Source of the DNA: Duganella fentianensis
GTDB taxonomy: Bacteria > Pseudomonadota > Gammaproteobacteria > Burkholderiales > Burkholderiaceae_D
Direction of reading: 5' to 3'
Assembly (NCBI RefSeq): GCF_964031615.1
Contig: NZ_CAXIQN010000022.1
Coordinates: forward strand, 19,090 to 83,089
DNA length: 64,000 nt
How positions within the stretch are numbered: position 1 is the stretch's first letter; the number at the start of each line of letters is the position of its first letter. A model generated the notes under the pieces. It did no database searches, was not told the DNA's origin, and saw only the letters and a list, made by a program, of their open reading frames with translations. The translations under genes and the position numbers were made by a program. Positions 52,627 to 64,000 of this stretch are shown piece by piece.

Positions 52627-53771
52627 GGTGTGCCGTGCCAGCCACGGATATCCAGCCTGAAGTAATACAGCCGGTCAGTGCGCAAGCGCTGGCCGGCTGT
52701 TTGCGTTTACAGCAGGTGGACGGCGTCGGCCTGCTGACGGCGCACCGTCTGTTGCGCCGCTTCGGCAGCTATGCGGCGCTGTTTGCCGCCGATTACGCCG
52801 CGCTGCTGGAGTGTGTGCGGCCGGCGCAGGCCAATGCCTTGCTGGCCGCACCGGCCGCCGCAGCACAGAACGCGCTGCTGGAGGCTACGCTGCGCTGGCA
52901 GGAACAGCCCGGCCATGCTTTGCTGGCCTATGGCGCGCCGGGCTATCCGCCCCTGCTGGCGCATCTGCCGGCGCCGCCGCTCCTGTTATATGTGCAGGGG
53001 CGGCGTGAGCTGCTGACGCGCACGGCACTGGCCATGGTGGGGTCGCGCAACGCCAGCCAGCAGGGCCGGCTGACGGCACAGCGCATGGCGCAGGCGCTGT
53101 CCGAAGCGGGGCTGACCATCGTTTCCGGGCTGGCGCTGGGCATCGATGGCGCGGCCCACACGGGCGGGCTGGCGGGGCCGGGCAGTACGGTGGCCTGCAT
53201 CGCCACGGGCGCCAACCGCATCTATCCGGCTGCCCATGGGGCGCTGGCAAGGCGCATTGCGGCCGAAGGCTGCATCGTCAGCGAGTTTGGGCTGGGTACG
53301 CCACCGCTGCGCGATAATTTTCCACGCCGCAACCGCCTGATCAGCGGGCTGGCGGCTGGCGTACTGGTGGTAGAAGCGGCCGCCAAATCCGGCTCGCTGA
53401 TTACGGCGCGGCTGGCCGTGCATCAGGGTAAGGAGCTGTATGCCATGCCGGGCTCCGTGCACGCTACATTGGCCAAAGGCTGCCACCAGCTGATCCGGCG
53501 CGATGGCGCCAAGCTGGTCGAAAGTGCCGACGACATACTGGTCGATCTGGGGCTGCTGCAACAAGCCGGTGCCGGCTATACCCAGCCGGACGACAGTTTT
53601 GTCGATCCGTTGTTGCAGGCACTGGGCCAGCAGAGCGCCACGGCCGATATGCTAGCGGCGCAACTGGGCCAGCCCGTGGCCGACCTGCAGGGGCAGTTGC
53701 TGGCGCTGGAACTGGCGGGGCTGATCGAGCGGCTGGCCGGTGGCCAGTTTCAACGCGTGTGGCACGAATAG
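52623..53771 (+). CDS. dprA: DNA-processing protein DprA
   Basis: PPLLY, VGSRNAS, VSGLALGIDGAAH, FPRRNRLISGL, SGSLITA. Confidence 0.95.
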   Translation: MRCAVPATDIQPEVIQPVSAQALAGCLRLQQVDGVGLLTAHRLLRRFGSYAALFAADYAALLECVRPAQANALLAAPAAAAQNALLEATLRWQEQPGHALLAYGAPGYPPLLAHLPAPPLLLYVQGRRELLTRTALAMVGSRNASQQGRLTAQRMAQALSEAGLTIVSGLALGIDGAAHTGGLAGPGSTVACIATGANRIYPAAHGALARRIAAEGCIVSEFGLGTPPLRDNFPRRNRLISGLAAGVLVVEAAAKSGSLITARLAVHQGKELYAMPGSVHATLAKGCHQLIRRDGAKLVESADDILVDLGLLQQAGAGYTQPDDSFVDPLLQALGQQSATADMLAAQLGQPVADLQGQLLALELAGLIERLAGGQFQRVWHE

Positions 53772-53860
53772 ACACGAGTGGGAACTATTGGGGGCTGCTG
53801 TGCAGGACAAAGCCGTGCATTGACTTGTCGGCGCGCGGCCATAGCTGATAGAGTAGAGCC

Positions 53861-54325
53861 ATGTTCGATATCCTTGTCTACCTCTACGAAACCTATTACC
53901 GTCCGGATGCCTGTCCGGAACCGGTGGCGCTGGCCAAGAAACTCTCGGCCATCGGCTTCGATGACGTGGAAATATCCGAAGCGCTCGTATGGCTCGGTGA
54001 TCTGACCGCCATGGCCGGCGTGGAACATTCGCTGACGGCGGCTTCCACCGGTACGCGTTTCTATGTGGACGAGGAGCATGATGCGCTGGGGACTCAGGCC
54101 ATCGGCTTCATCCAGTTCCTCGAGTCGGCCAAAGTGCTGTCGCCGCTGCAGCGCGAAATCGTGATCGAACGCGCACTGTCGCTGGACGAAACGCCGATTA
54201 CCTTGGCCAAACTCAAGGTGATCGTGCTGATGTTGCTCTGGAGTCAAGGTAAAGAGCCAGATGCCCTGATGTTCGACGACCTGTTCGGCTCGGACGAAGA
54301 TCAAGCCCCGCGCTTGCTGCACTAA
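53861..54325 (+). CDS. smg: Smg / DUF494 protein
   Basis: [11 protein letters not shown]-terminal LLH; dprA-smg-top synteny. Confidence 0.9.
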   Translation: MFDILVYLYETYYRPDACPEPVALAKKLSAIGFDDVEISEALVWLGDLTAMAGVEHSLTAASTGTRFYVDEEHDALGTQAIGFIQFLESAKVLSPLQREIVIERALSLDETPITLAKLKVIVLMLLWSQGKEPDALMFDDLFGSDEDQAPRLLH

Positions 54326-54544
54326 ACTTGCAGTTTTGAAAACATTGCGCGCCACAGTGGTGCGTAAGCCGCTTGCAGTGCTGCCCGCAAGGCGCTTATT
54401 ATTGGCGCTTTGAAGTAGTCACTTTGACAATTTCCGTCGTGTCCTTCTTGCCTTCAGGCGCGCAAACGTGCAGACTGCGCGGCGAGCCATGTATGATGCG
54501 CATGCTGCACCGACCCCAAAAGTGTTAAAAACGAGATACAGAAT

Positions 54545-57208
54545 ATGACAAAAACCCTCATCATCGCCGAGAAGCCTTCTGTCGCGAACGACATCGCGAA
54601 GACGCTGGGCGGCTTTACCAAGCACGATGAGTACTTTGAATCCGACGAGTTCGTGCTGTCCTCCGCCGTCGGTCACCTGCTGGAAATCGCTGTTCCGGAA
54701 GAACATGATGTCAAGCGTGGCAAATGGAGCTTCGCCCACCTGCCCATGATTCCGCCGTATTTCGCGCTCAACCCGATCGCCAAGACGGAAGCGCGGCTCA
54801 AGGTGTTGAACAAGCTGATCAAGCGTAAAGATGTCACCACCCTCATTAACGCATGTGACGCGGGCCGCGAAGGGGAACTGATTTTCCGTCTGATCGCCCA
54901 GAACGCCAAGGCCAAGCAGCCGGTCAAGCGGCTGTGGCTGCAGTCGATGACGCCGGGCGCGATCCGCGAAGGCTTCGCCCATCTGCGCAGCGATGAAGAC
55001 ATGATGCCGCTGGCCGATGCCGCGCGCTGCCGCTCGGAAGCGGACTGGCTGATCGGGATTAACGGCACCCGCGCCATGACGGCGTTCAACTCGAAAGAGG
55101 GCGGTTTCTACCTGACCACGGTCGGTCGGGTACAGACCCCGACGCTGTCCATCGTGGTCGAGCGCGAAGAGAAGATCAAGAAATTCGTGCCGCGCGACTT
55201 CTGGGAAGTGCGCGCCGAGTTCGTCTGCGCTGCCGGCGTGTACGAAGGTCGCTGGCTGGACACCAAATTCAAGAAGGACGAGAACGATCCGGAGAAGCGT
55301 GCCGAGCGCCTGTGGAGCAAGACGGCGGCCGATACCATTGCGCTGGCCGTGCGCGGCAAGCAGGGCAAGGTCACGGAAGAAGCCAAGCCGACCACCTCGA
55401 TGGCGCCGGCCCTGTTCGATCTGACCAGCCTGCAGCGCGAAGCCAACTCGCGCTTCGGCTTCTCGGCCAAGAACACGCTGGGTCTGGCACAGGCCCTGTA
55501 TGAAAAGCACAAAGTGCTGACCTACCCCCGTACCGATTCGCGCCACCTGCCGGAAGACTATATGCCGACGGTGAATCAGGCGCTGGAAGTGGTCAAGGAA
55601 AATCCTAACTACCACCAGTTCGCCAAGCAGATTCTGGACAAGGGCTGGGTCAAGCCGAACAAACGGATCTTCGATAACACCAAGATTTCCGATCACTTTG
55701 CGATCATTCCTACCACCATCGCACCGAAGAATCTGTCCGAGCCGGAACAGAAGCTGTACGACCTCGTCGTGCGCCGCTTCATGGCCGTGTTCTTCCCTGC
55801 GGCCGAGTTCCAGGTCACCACGCGCTACACGGAAGTGGCCGGCCACCAGTTCAAGACTGAAGGCAAGGTGATGACCAATCCGGGCTGGCTGGCCATCTAC
55901 GGCAAAGAGGCCGACGCCAAAGACCCGAACAGTGCCGATGGCGATGCTAAAGGCAATCTGGTCCCCGTCGCCAAAGGCGAATCGGTCCTGACTGATCAGG
56001 TACATGCCAACGGTCTGGTCACCAAACCGCCAGCACGCTATACGGAAGCGACGCTGCTGTCGGCCATGGAAGGCGCGGGCAAACTGGTGGAAGACGATGA
56101 ACTGCGTGACGCCATGGCCGGTAAAGGTCTGGGCACGCCAGCGACCCGTGCGGCCACCATCGAAGGCTTGCTGACGGAACGCTATCTGCTGCGCGAAGGG
56201 CGCGAGCTGATGCCGACCGCCAAAGCGTTCCAGCTGATGACCCTGCTGCGCGGTCTGGGCGTGAACGAACTGACCGCACCGGAACTGACGGGCGAATGGG
56301 AATACAAGCTGTCGCAGATGGAAAAGGGCAAGATCTCGCGCGATGAATTCATGCGCGAAATCGCCCAGATGGCGCAAGTCATCGTCAAGCGTGCCAAGGA
56401 GTACGACAACGACACCATCCCCGGCGACTACCATACGCTGCACACGCCGTGTCCGAACTGCGGCAGCGTGGTGAAAGAAAACTATCGCCGCTTTGCCTGC
56501 ACCAAGTGCGAATTCTCGATGAGTAAAACGCCGGGCAGCCGCCAGTTTGAAATCGAGGAAGTGGAACAGCTGCTGAAAGACCGTACCATCGGTCCGCTGC
56601 AGGGCTTCCGCTCCAAGATGGGCCGTCCGTTTGCCGCCATCCTGCGCATCGTGCGTGACGAAGACATCAGCAACTTCAAGCTGGAGTTCGACTTCGGCCA
56701 GAACGATGATGCCGAGGATAGCGAGCCAGTTGATTTCAGCGGCCAGACGCCGCTGGGCGCCTGCCCGAAATGTCAGGGTGGCGTGTACGACATGGGGCTG
56801 GCCTATGTGTGCGAAAACACCGTCGCTAAGCCGAAAACTTGCGACTTCCGCAGTGGCCGCATCATTCTGCAGCAGGAAATCCTGCCCGAGCAGATGGCCA
56901 AGCTGCTCAACGACGGCAAGACTGATCTGCTGCCGGGCTTTGTCTCGCAGCGCACCCGCCGTCCGTTCAAGGCTTTCCTGACGCGCGGTAAGGACGGCAA
57001 GATCAGCTTCGAGTTCGAGGAGCGCAAAGCCAAGGCGCCGGCCAAAGGCAAAGCCGCTGCGGCGGCAGAAGTGGCCGATGGCGCCGACGAGGCAGCAGCC
57101 GCACCGGCCAAGAAAACGGCCGCCAAGAAAGCTGCGCCAGCCAAGGCCGCTGCAGCGAAAAAGCCAGCAGCCAAAAAAGCTCCCGCCAAGAAAGCCGCCG
57201 CCAAATAA
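54545..57208 (+). CDS. topB: Type IA topoisomerase III with Lys/Ala-rich tail
   Basis: IAEKPSVA, DAGREGE, GRVQTP, TYPRTD, GLGTPATRA; Cys-rich C-terminal repeats. Confidence 0.93.
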   Translation: MTKTLIIAEKPSVANDIAKTLGGFTKHDEYFESDEFVLSSAVGHLLEIAVPEEHDVKRGKWSFAHLPMIPPYFALNPIAKTEARLKVLNKLIKRKDVTTLINACDAGREGELIFRLIAQNAKAKQPVKRLWLQSMTPGAIREGFAHLRSDEDMMPLADAARCRSEADWLIGINGTRAMTAFNSKEGGFYLTTVGRVQTPTLSIVVEREEKIKKFVPRDFWEVRAEFVCAAGVYEGRWLDTKFKKDENDPEKRAERLWSKTAADTIALAVRGKQGKVTEEAKPTTSMAPALFDLTSLQREANSRFGFSAKNTLGLAQALYEKHKVLTYPRTDSRHLPEDYMPTVNQALEVVKENPNYHQFAKQILDKGWVKPNKRIFDNTKISDHFAIIPTTIAPKNLSEPEQKLYDLVVRRFMAVFFPAAEFQVTTRYTEVAGHQFKTEGKVMTNPGWLAIYGKEADAKDPNSADGDAKGNLVPVAKGESVLTDQVHANGLVTKPPARYTEATLLSAMEGAGKLVEDDELRDAMAGKGLGTPATRAATIEGLLTERYLLREGRELMPTAKAFQLMTLLRGLGVNELTAPELTGEWEYKLSQMEKGKISRDEFMREIAQMAQVIVKRAKEYDNDTIPGDYHTLHTPCPNCGSVVKENYRRFACTKCEFSMSKTPGSRQFEIEEVEQLLKDRTIGPLQGFRSKMGRPFAAILRIVRDEDISNFKLEFDFGQNDDAEDSEPVDFSGQTPLGACPKCQGGVYDMGLAYVCENTVAKPKTCDFRSGRIILQQEILPEQMAKLLNDGKTDLLPGFVSQRTRRPFKAFLTRGKDGKISFEFEERKAKAPAKGKAAAAAEVADGADEAAAAPAKKTAAKKAAPAKAAAAKKPAAKKAPAKKAAAK

Positions 57209-57214
57209 AACCCC

Positions 57215-57310
57215 GGGGTCAGGTCGGGCAAAGTGTCGGTGTCAGGTCGGGCAAAGTGACAGGCTCGACCATACGACTGCCGAGTCTGTCACTTTGCCCG
57301 ACCTGACCCC
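57215..57310. repeat. REP/REPIN-like element, three units (two direct, one inverted)
   Basis: GGGGTCAGGTCGGGCAAAGTG (57215-35), GTCAGGTCGGGCAAAGTGACAG (57241-62), CTGTCACTTTGCCCGACCTGACCCC (57286-310); between convergent genes. Confidence 0.8.
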
Positions 57311-57315
57311 GACTT

Positions 57316-60300
57316 TTATAACGGTAGCAGTTCGACGCCGGTCATGTTGTCGCGCGGCTTGCGGTCGATCAGCTTGTTGTCGGGATCGATACCCGCCTTG
57401 GCCGGCCGGCCGTTGACGATCACCGTGTACAGATTGTCCTTGTGGGTCATCAGTTTGCGCTCGCGGTACAGGCTGTTGCCATCCTTGTCGTCGATACCGA
57501 CTTCTATCCAGTCGCGCAGCAGCATGTCCATTTCGGCGCCCTGTTCGTCGGCGCGCACTTTGGCTGCGCTGACGCTGAACGCCACTTCGTAGCGCCCATC
57601 CGGCAGGCGGCGCGCACTGGCGGCAACAGCATGGTTCTCGTACAGCACGATCTGGTTGAAGACATCGTCGATCAGGTAGGCGTAGTCGGCCGGGGTGATC
57701 TTGCGCAGCGCTTCGATCAGCACTGTCACCGATGGGTAGGGGCCGGCACGGTGGTGGTACTCGGCCAGCATTTCCTTCAGCGCGGCATTGATACGCGCCT
57801 CGCCTATGGCTTCCTGCAACTGGTACATGGCCAGACTGCCTTTGCGGTACTGGATGTAGTTCTGGTTTTCATTGTCAGCCAGCGGCAATTCCTTCTTGCG
57901 TTCGATGGCGCGTCCCATCAGGTATTGGTCGAGGTCGTAGCGCAGGAAGCGCCGCATGCGCTCCGGCCCCACGTTCTTTTTCATTACCATCAGCGCCGAG
58001 TATTCGGCCAGCGTTTCGCTCAGCACGGTAGCGCCGCGCGTGTTGCCGCCCACTAGCTGATGGCCCCACCACTGGTGCGCCACTTCGTGTGCGGTGACGT
58101 AGAACGGGTAGTCGATGTCCTTGGGATTGCGGTCGTTGACCTTGGCAATGAAGCCCAGCGATTCCGAATAGGCGATGGTGGTGGGCAACGATTGGGCATA
58201 GCTGGCGTAGCGGGGGAACTCGACGATGCGCACCAGCTTGTTCTGGTAGGGACCGAAGTTGCGCGTGTAATAGTCCAGCGCTTCCTTGATGCCCTTGCTC
58301 ATGCGATCAAGGTTGTAGCTATGGCTGGGGTGGTAGTACAGCTCGATGCTGACATCCTGCCACCAGTCGCGTTTGACCTGATAGCGCGCCGACTGGAAGG
58401 CGTACAGATTGAGGATGGGCTGCTCCATCCGGTAGTGGTAATAGTGGCGGTCCTTGCTGCTCCATTGCTTGACCAGCGTGCCCGGCGCGATGGCGATCTG
58501 GTCGGCACTGGTGCTGACGGTGGCATCGAAACTGATCCAGTCGGCATCGTTGCTGATATTGTTGTTGGCCAGGCCGGCCACATCGTCGCGCGCAGGCAGC
58601 AGGTCGCGTGCCGGCAGGCCGTGCTTCTTGCGGTCGTTGGCATCCTGCAGTTCCAGTGCACTCTGGTAGCCGATATGGGGCAGTACGGCGTTGCTGAAGA
58701 AGGTGCCGTTGGCCACCACGGGGGTATCTTCGCCCAGCCCCAGTATGCCTTGCGGCCGGAAGCTCAGATCGAAATCCATCGCCAGCTTGTCGCCCGGTGC
58801 CAGCGGCGTCACCAGCTTGTAGCTGTAGAAACCCAGCAGGCTGTCGCGCAGGCCGGCGCGCGTGGCCTGACTGAAACGCACATTCAGGCTGGACGCCTTC
58901 GGGTCCTGATACAGGATCACATCGGTGACGGGCTGGCTGCCCTTGTTCTGCAGCAGGTAGCGCCCTTTGACTGTCAGCGCACGCTGGGCCGGTTCGATCG
59001 CTACGTCCAGCTTGACGTCGGTGACGCGCGCCTGCGGCAGCGCCAGATACTGGCGGTACTGGCGTTCGTAATCGGCCAGTCCGGCGTCCTTCTGGTAGGC
59101 CGACTGGTAGCGGTTGAGCACGTGGGTGCTGTAGTACAGCACGCTGCCAGCCGAGGCGAACACCAGCAGACCGATTGCGAAGCCCCCCAGCACGGGCGCC
59201 GTCAGCCCCTGTCGCGCCAGTTGCAGCCGCTGGGCCCAGTTATGCGGCGTGCCACGCGACCAGAACAGCAGCGACAGCAGCACCAGTATCAGCGACGGGC
59301 CGCTCCAGTACAGCAGATACCAGTGCTCGCGCGTCAGGTAGTGGCCGTAGCCATTCATGGCCGAGTAGACGAACGTGGGGGTATTGCCGAAGTTGAGCAT
59401 GGGGTCCTGCAGCCCCAGCGAACTGGCGACGATGCTGAGGATGTAGTACACGATCATGGCGAAATACGCCAGATAGCGCTGGTTTAGTAGCACCTGCAGC
59501 GCAATCGCCAGCACCGCATGCAGCGCATACTCGGGCAGCAGCACGAGGAACAGATGGTGCGCATACAGGCCCGGTTCGAGCAGGAAATAGCCCTGCGCAA
59601 TCTGGATGCTCATACCGCACAGCATCACCACCAGCATCAGCAGCGCCTGCAGGCCGATCAGGGCCAGCAGCTTGGCCAGCAGTGGCAGCCAGTTGGGAAT
59701 GGGGAGGGCGTCGAACATCTGGCTGATGCGGGCTTCCCGTTCACGCCACACCAGTTCGCCCGCATACAGGGTGGTGACGATGAACATGAACAGGGCAAAG
59801 GTTTCGCTGATCGATTCCAGTACCAGATAGGTGACGGGGTAGGTGGGGGTACCGTACAGCGAGCCCAGTTCCAGTGCACTGGCATACATCATCAGCACGC
59901 CGGCCAATACGATGGCGAGGAAGTAGATGTTCTTCGTGCTTTCGCGTACGTTCATCCAGCTCATTTTGGCCAGCAGCAGGGGCAGGCTGCGGCCGGCAAA
60001 GTCGGGCGCCTGACGGGTCTGCTCGGCCGTGCTGCTCAGTGCAATGGCGGCTTCGCCTTCAGTGCGGGCACGGCCCGTGTCGATGCTGGCGATGAAGTGG
60101 AAGCGCCAGTAGCCGATCAGCAGGCCGATGATGGCGAACGAAGCCCACATCAGGCGATTGACCAGATACACGCCTTCCGGCCAGAACATGCGGGTATTGC
60201 GCTCGATGATGGGCCAGTATTCCGTCACACGGCCTACCGCCATGGTGCCGAACGGATCGATCAGGGCGGCCAGCGTTTTGTAGTCGAGGTCGCGCGCCAG

Positions 60301-60888
60301 ACCGGGCGCCACCAGATAGGCCACCAGCATCACCACGCTGGAGATATACACGGGCAGCATGCGCCGGCTCAGTGCCGCCAGCATGAAGAACACGGCGCCG
60401 AAGATCAGGATATTCGGCAGCACCACCAGCAGATACGGCAGCAGATAGGCCAGCAGCTGAGGCTGGGCCAGCTTGTCGGGATCGATGCCGGGCAGGTAGC
60501 GCCCCGCCCACGCGCCCAGCATGATGCTGGTGAAAATGATGGCCAGCGTCAGATAGGCGCCGAGGAAGCGGCCGAACATGTACTGGGCTTTGCTGATGGG
60601 CGCACTGAAGAAGAAGTGCTGCATGTCGTATTCGAAATCCTGCTGCACCGAGCGGCCCATCATGGCGGCAATCACCACCACGCCGAACGAGCCCAGATAG
60701 CTGGCGGTCAGCATCAGCGAGCGGGGCGAATCGATCATCACGCCGCCGAAGCTGACATTGGCCTGCTTCAGGGCGCCGCCGGCAGCCGCCATCCACAGCA
60801 GGGCCAGCGCGAAGAAACCGGCGAAATACACCCAGGTGGAGAGCAGCTTGAGGCGCTGGCGCGCTTCAAAGGAGGCGATGGCAAACAT
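57316..60888 (-). CDS. ABC-2 permease fused to M1 aminopeptidase domain
   Basis: ~13 TMs then [25 protein letters not shown] (HExxH-18x-E). Confidence 0.9.
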   Translation of the reverse strand: MFAIASFEARQRLKLLSTWVYFAGFFALALLWMAAAGGALKQANVSFGGVMIDSPRSLMLTASYLGSFGVVVIAAMMGRSVQQDFEYDMQHFFFSAPISKAQYMFGRFLGAYLTLAIIFTSIMLGAWAGRYLPGIDPDKLAQPQLLAYLLPYLLVVLPNILIFGAVFFMLAALSRRMLPVYISSVVMLVAYLVAPGLARDLDYKTLAALIDPFGTMAVGRVTEYWPIIERNTRMFWPEGVYLVNRLMWASFAIIGLLIGYWRFHFIASIDTGRARTEGEAAIALSSTAEQTRQAPDFAGRSLPLLLAKMSWMNVRESTKNIYFLAIVLAGVLMMYASALELGSLYGTPTYPVTYLVLESISETFALFMFIVTTLYAGELVWREREARISQMFDALPIPNWLPLLAKLLALIGLQALLMLVVMLCGMSIQIAQGYFLLEPGLYAHHLFLVLLPEYALHAVLAIALQVLLNQRYLAYFAMIVYYILSIVASSLGLQDPMLNFGNTPTFVYSAMNGYGHYLTREHWYLLYWSGPSLILVLLSLLFWSRGTPHNWAQRLQLARQGLTAPVLGGFAIGLLVFASAGSVLYYSTHVLNRYQSAYQKDAGLADYERQYRQYLALPQARVTDVKLDVAIEPAQRALTVKGRYLLQNKGSQPVTDVILYQDPKASSLNVRFSQATRAGLRDSLLGFYSYKLVTPLAPGDKLAMDFDLSFRPQGILGLGEDTPVVANGTFFSNAVLPHIGYQSALELQDANDRKKHGLPARDLLPARDDVAGLANNNISNDADWISFDATVSTSADQIAIAPGTLVKQWSSKDRHYYHYRMEQPILNLYAFQSARYQVKRDWWQDVSIELYYHPSHSYNLDRMSKGIKEALDYYTRNFGPYQNKLVRIVEFPRYASYAQSLPTTIAYSESLGFIAKVNDRNPKDIDYPFYVTAHEVAHQWWGHQLVGGNTRGATVLSETLAEYSALMVMKKNVGPERMRRFLRYDLDQYLMGRAIERKKELPLADNENQNYIQYRKGSLAMYQLQEAIGEARINAALKEMLAEYHHRAGPYPSVTVLIEALRKITPADYAYLIDDVFNQIVLYENHAVAASARRLPDGRYEVAFSVSAAKVRADEQGAEMDMLLRDWIEVGIDDKDGNSLYRERKLMTHKDNLYTVIVNGRPAKAGIDPDNKLIDRKPRDNMTGVELLPL

Positions 60889-60897
60889 GGCTAGTCC

Positions 60898-61791
<894 letters not shown>

Positions 61792-62026
61792 ACTGACTCC
61801 TGTGGCGGGCATGGCCCTGTTTCTGCGTAGCTATACACTTTACACAGATGGCATTGTATTGAACTTGTGCAGGACATGGGTGCGGATTGCGATAGTCGGC
61901 AAAAAGATTGCGCCAAGCTGCAAAAAAGCCCACCTGGATTGCAGCCGATTTCTTGTGCTTGGAGAAATACCCACACTCTAGCGCGGTTCTGTATCCGCAC
62001 AGCATCGAATATGGGAAAATGGCTGC

Positions 62027-62515
62027 ATGAATCCTGAGTTGCAAGAAAAGATACTGGCCGTCACCCGCTGTGGCGTGGACCGGCATGAATCCACCGGCTT
62101 TTTCCGCGTGGCGCTGGGGCTGTATTACCTGTCCGGCCTGATGACCAAGGAAACCCTGGATTTCAAGCGGCTGGACCGGCAGTTCAACCGTTTCATCTAT
62201 CACACCATCGGCAAGGGCCACAGCATCACCAGCATCCTGCAGTACATGAGCGGGGAAAAAGTGGTGCCCGTGCTGGAATCCAAGCGCTTTCTGCGCGCCT
62301 TCGGCGAATACTGTACCGAGGTGCCACTGGAGAACATTCCCTTCCTGCTGGGGCTGAATCTGAGCGTGGCAAAAGACATCTCCAAGATCGATGTACGGGG
62401 CCCTGTGGCCGACTACATCGAACGCCAGCGCCAGTTGCGCGAGGCGGCCGAAGAGGCTGCGCAGGCTGCAGCCGATGCCGGTGCCGAAGGTGCTCCGGCG
62501 CGTGCCAGCGAGTAA
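62027..62515 (+). CDS. Hypothetical helical protein
   Basis: 162-aa ORF with host-like codons; no recognised motif. Confidence 0.7.
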   Translation: MNPELQEKILAVTRCGVDRHESTGFFRVALGLYYLSGLMTKETLDFKRLDRQFNRFIYHTIGKGHSITSILQYMSGEKVVPVLESKRFLRAFGEYCTEVPLENIPFLLGLNLSVAKDISKIDVRGPVADYIERQRQLREAAEEAAQAAADAGAEGAPARASE

Positions 62516-62566
62516 AAATCAGCGGCAGCGCCGTATAATATGCGCTCCCATATTCTCGAGTTCGTC

Positions 62567-63205
62567 ATGGCTTACAAGCACACCCCGATCGACCGTTTTA
62601 TCTCTGGCGCCGACAAGGCTTTGCGTGTGATCACAGGCGTAGCTTCGGCATCGCGGCCGACGCCGGCGCAGCACATCCCCGACGCGGAAATGAGCGACGC
62701 CGAGCGCCGTCATAGCGCCGGTCTGATGCGCGTTAATCACGTGGGCGAAGTGTGCGCGCAGGCGCTGTACAACTCGCAGGGGCGTTTCGCCAAGACCGAT
62801 GAAATCCGCGCCCAGTTCGAGCAGGCCGGACGCGAGGAAGAAGACCATCTGGCGTGGACGGCCCAGCGGCTGGACGAGCTGGGTTCGCATATCAGCGTGC
62901 TTAACCCGCTGTTCTATGCGGGTGCGTATGCACTGGGTACGGTGGCGGCCGTGATCGGCGACAGCACCAGTCTGGGCTTTGTGGTGGAAACGGAACGGCA
63001 GGTGGAGGCTCATTTGCAGAGCCATCTGGACAAGCTGCCCGAGCAGGATGCCAAGTCGCGCGCGATTGTCGACCAGATGCGTATCGATGAAATCGAGCAT
63101 GGCGCAGCTGCGCAGGCACTGGGGGCGAGCAACACGCCCGCGCCCGTGCAGGCAGTGATGGCGGTGATGGGCAAAGTGATGACCAGCACCGCGTATTACA
63201 TCTAA
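62567..63205 (+). CDS. coq7: Demethoxyubiquinone hydroxylase (di-iron)
   Basis: [35 protein letters not shown]; TATAAT at 62533-38 favours ATG 62567. Confidence 0.93.
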   Translation: MAYKHTPIDRFISGADKALRVITGVASASRPTPAQHIPDAEMSDAERRHSAGLMRVNHVGEVCAQALYNSQGRFAKTDEIRAQFEQAGREEEDHLAWTAQRLDELGSHISVLNPLFYAGAYALGTVAAVIGDSTSLGFVVETERQVEAHLQSHLDKLPEQDAKSRAIVDQMRIDEIEHGAAAQALGASNTPAPVQAVMAVMGKVMTSTAYYI

Positions 63206-63255
63206 GCTTACATCTAGGGTGACAACTTAGCGCAGCGTTTAAAACTGCATCCAGA

Positions 63256-63678
63256 TCAAGCTTCGATAATTTCGAAGGAGTGGGTGATGTTGGCAGTTTT
63301 CGCAAGCATGATGGAAGCCGAGCAGTATTTCTCGTGCGACAGTTTGACGGCGCGCTCCACCGCTTCCGGTTTCAGGTCTTTGCCCGTGACGGTGAAGTGG
63401 AAGTGGATGTTGGTGAAGACCTTAGGCTCCGTCTCGGCCCGTTCGGCTTTCAGCGTGCACTCGCAGCCACGTACATCGGCGCGGCCTTTTTTCAGGATCA
63501 GCACCACGTCATAGGCCGAGCAGCCGCCCGTGCCGAGCAACACCATTTCCATCGGGCGAGGGGCCAGATTATGGCCGCCGCCCTCCGGTGCGCCATCCAT
63601 GTTGACCAGATGGCCGGAACCCGTCTGTGCCAAAAAACTCATGCCCGAAGGGCCATTCCAGCTAACTTTGCATTCCAT
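63256..63678 (-). CDS. OsmC/YhfA family protein
   Basis: RPMEMVLLGTGGCS, EKYCSAS. Confidence 0.9.
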   Translation of the reverse strand: MECKVSWNGPSGMSFLAQTGSGHLVNMDGAPEGGGHNLAPRPMEMVLLGTGGCSAYDVVLILKKGRADVRGCECTLKAERAETEPKVFTNIHFHFTVTGKDLKPEAVERAVKLSHEKYCSASIMLAKTANITHSFEIIEA

Positions 63679-63785
63679 CGTGCTCTCCGCGTGTAAAGGT
63701 TGGCCGTATTGTAATGGACTGGCGCGGGGCTGGCAGGCGAGCGCCACTGCAGCATGGCGAATCGGGCGGGAAAGCGCATCCAGCC

Positions 63786-63815
63786 TTGACTCGGGACGGA
63801 TTTGGCGTTTATACT
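63786..63815 (+). promoter_or_regulatory. Sigma-70 promoter of rplM operon
   Basis: TTGACT-N18-TATACT. Confidence 0.75.
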
Positions 63816-63918
63816 TGTCGGCTTTCCATTCGCTCAGGAAAGTAAATAAGAAGGCCGAGTCCGCTGAAGCTGTGGCGGAACCACCATTTGAGCGTGTTTT
63901 ACTTATTAGGAAGTCAAC

Positions 63919-64000
63919 ATGAAAACTTTTTCCGCCAAGGGCCATGAAGTCCAGCGCGATTGGTTCGTGATTGACGCGACGGACAAAGTCCTCGGACGTG
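63919..64000 (+). CDS. rplM: 50S ribosomal protein L13 (3'-truncated by window edge)
   Basis: [27 protein letters not shown]. Confidence 0.95.
   Translation, partial: MKTFSAKGHEVQRDWFVIDATDKVLGR

Overview
GC-rich betaproteobacterial chromosome segment. Gene content and a GGGGTCAGGTC-type REP suggest Oxalobacteraceae (inference). It is mostly housekeeping: ampG-M48-RluA, xth/pyrE, gatCAB, mreBCD-mrdA-rodA-mrdA2-rlpA, argS-SPOR-dsbA-SDR-birA-coaX, rsmB-DUF4390-NtrY/X-like TCS, metH, def/fmt, lysM-dprA-smg-topB, coq7, osmC and the start of rplM. A few small accessory inserts are present. I saw no tRNA, rRNA, CRISPR, integrase or transposase. Best leads: (1) an orphan 159-aa RHH+RAMA-like gene bracketed on both sides by helically phased TAGAC/GTCTA arrays (4966-5733); (2) an identical 16-mer exactly 10 nt before the AUG of both gatC and argS, neither with a clear Shine-Dalgarno; (3) a start-less EExxH metallopeptidase-toxin-like remnant followed by an intact small immunity-like gene (31849-32459); (4) two PBP2 paralogues around one rodA with different active-site motifs (SCD vs SCN); (5) several orphan enzymes with recognisable catalytic motifs. 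Domain calls come from motif reading and memory of families, not from database searches.
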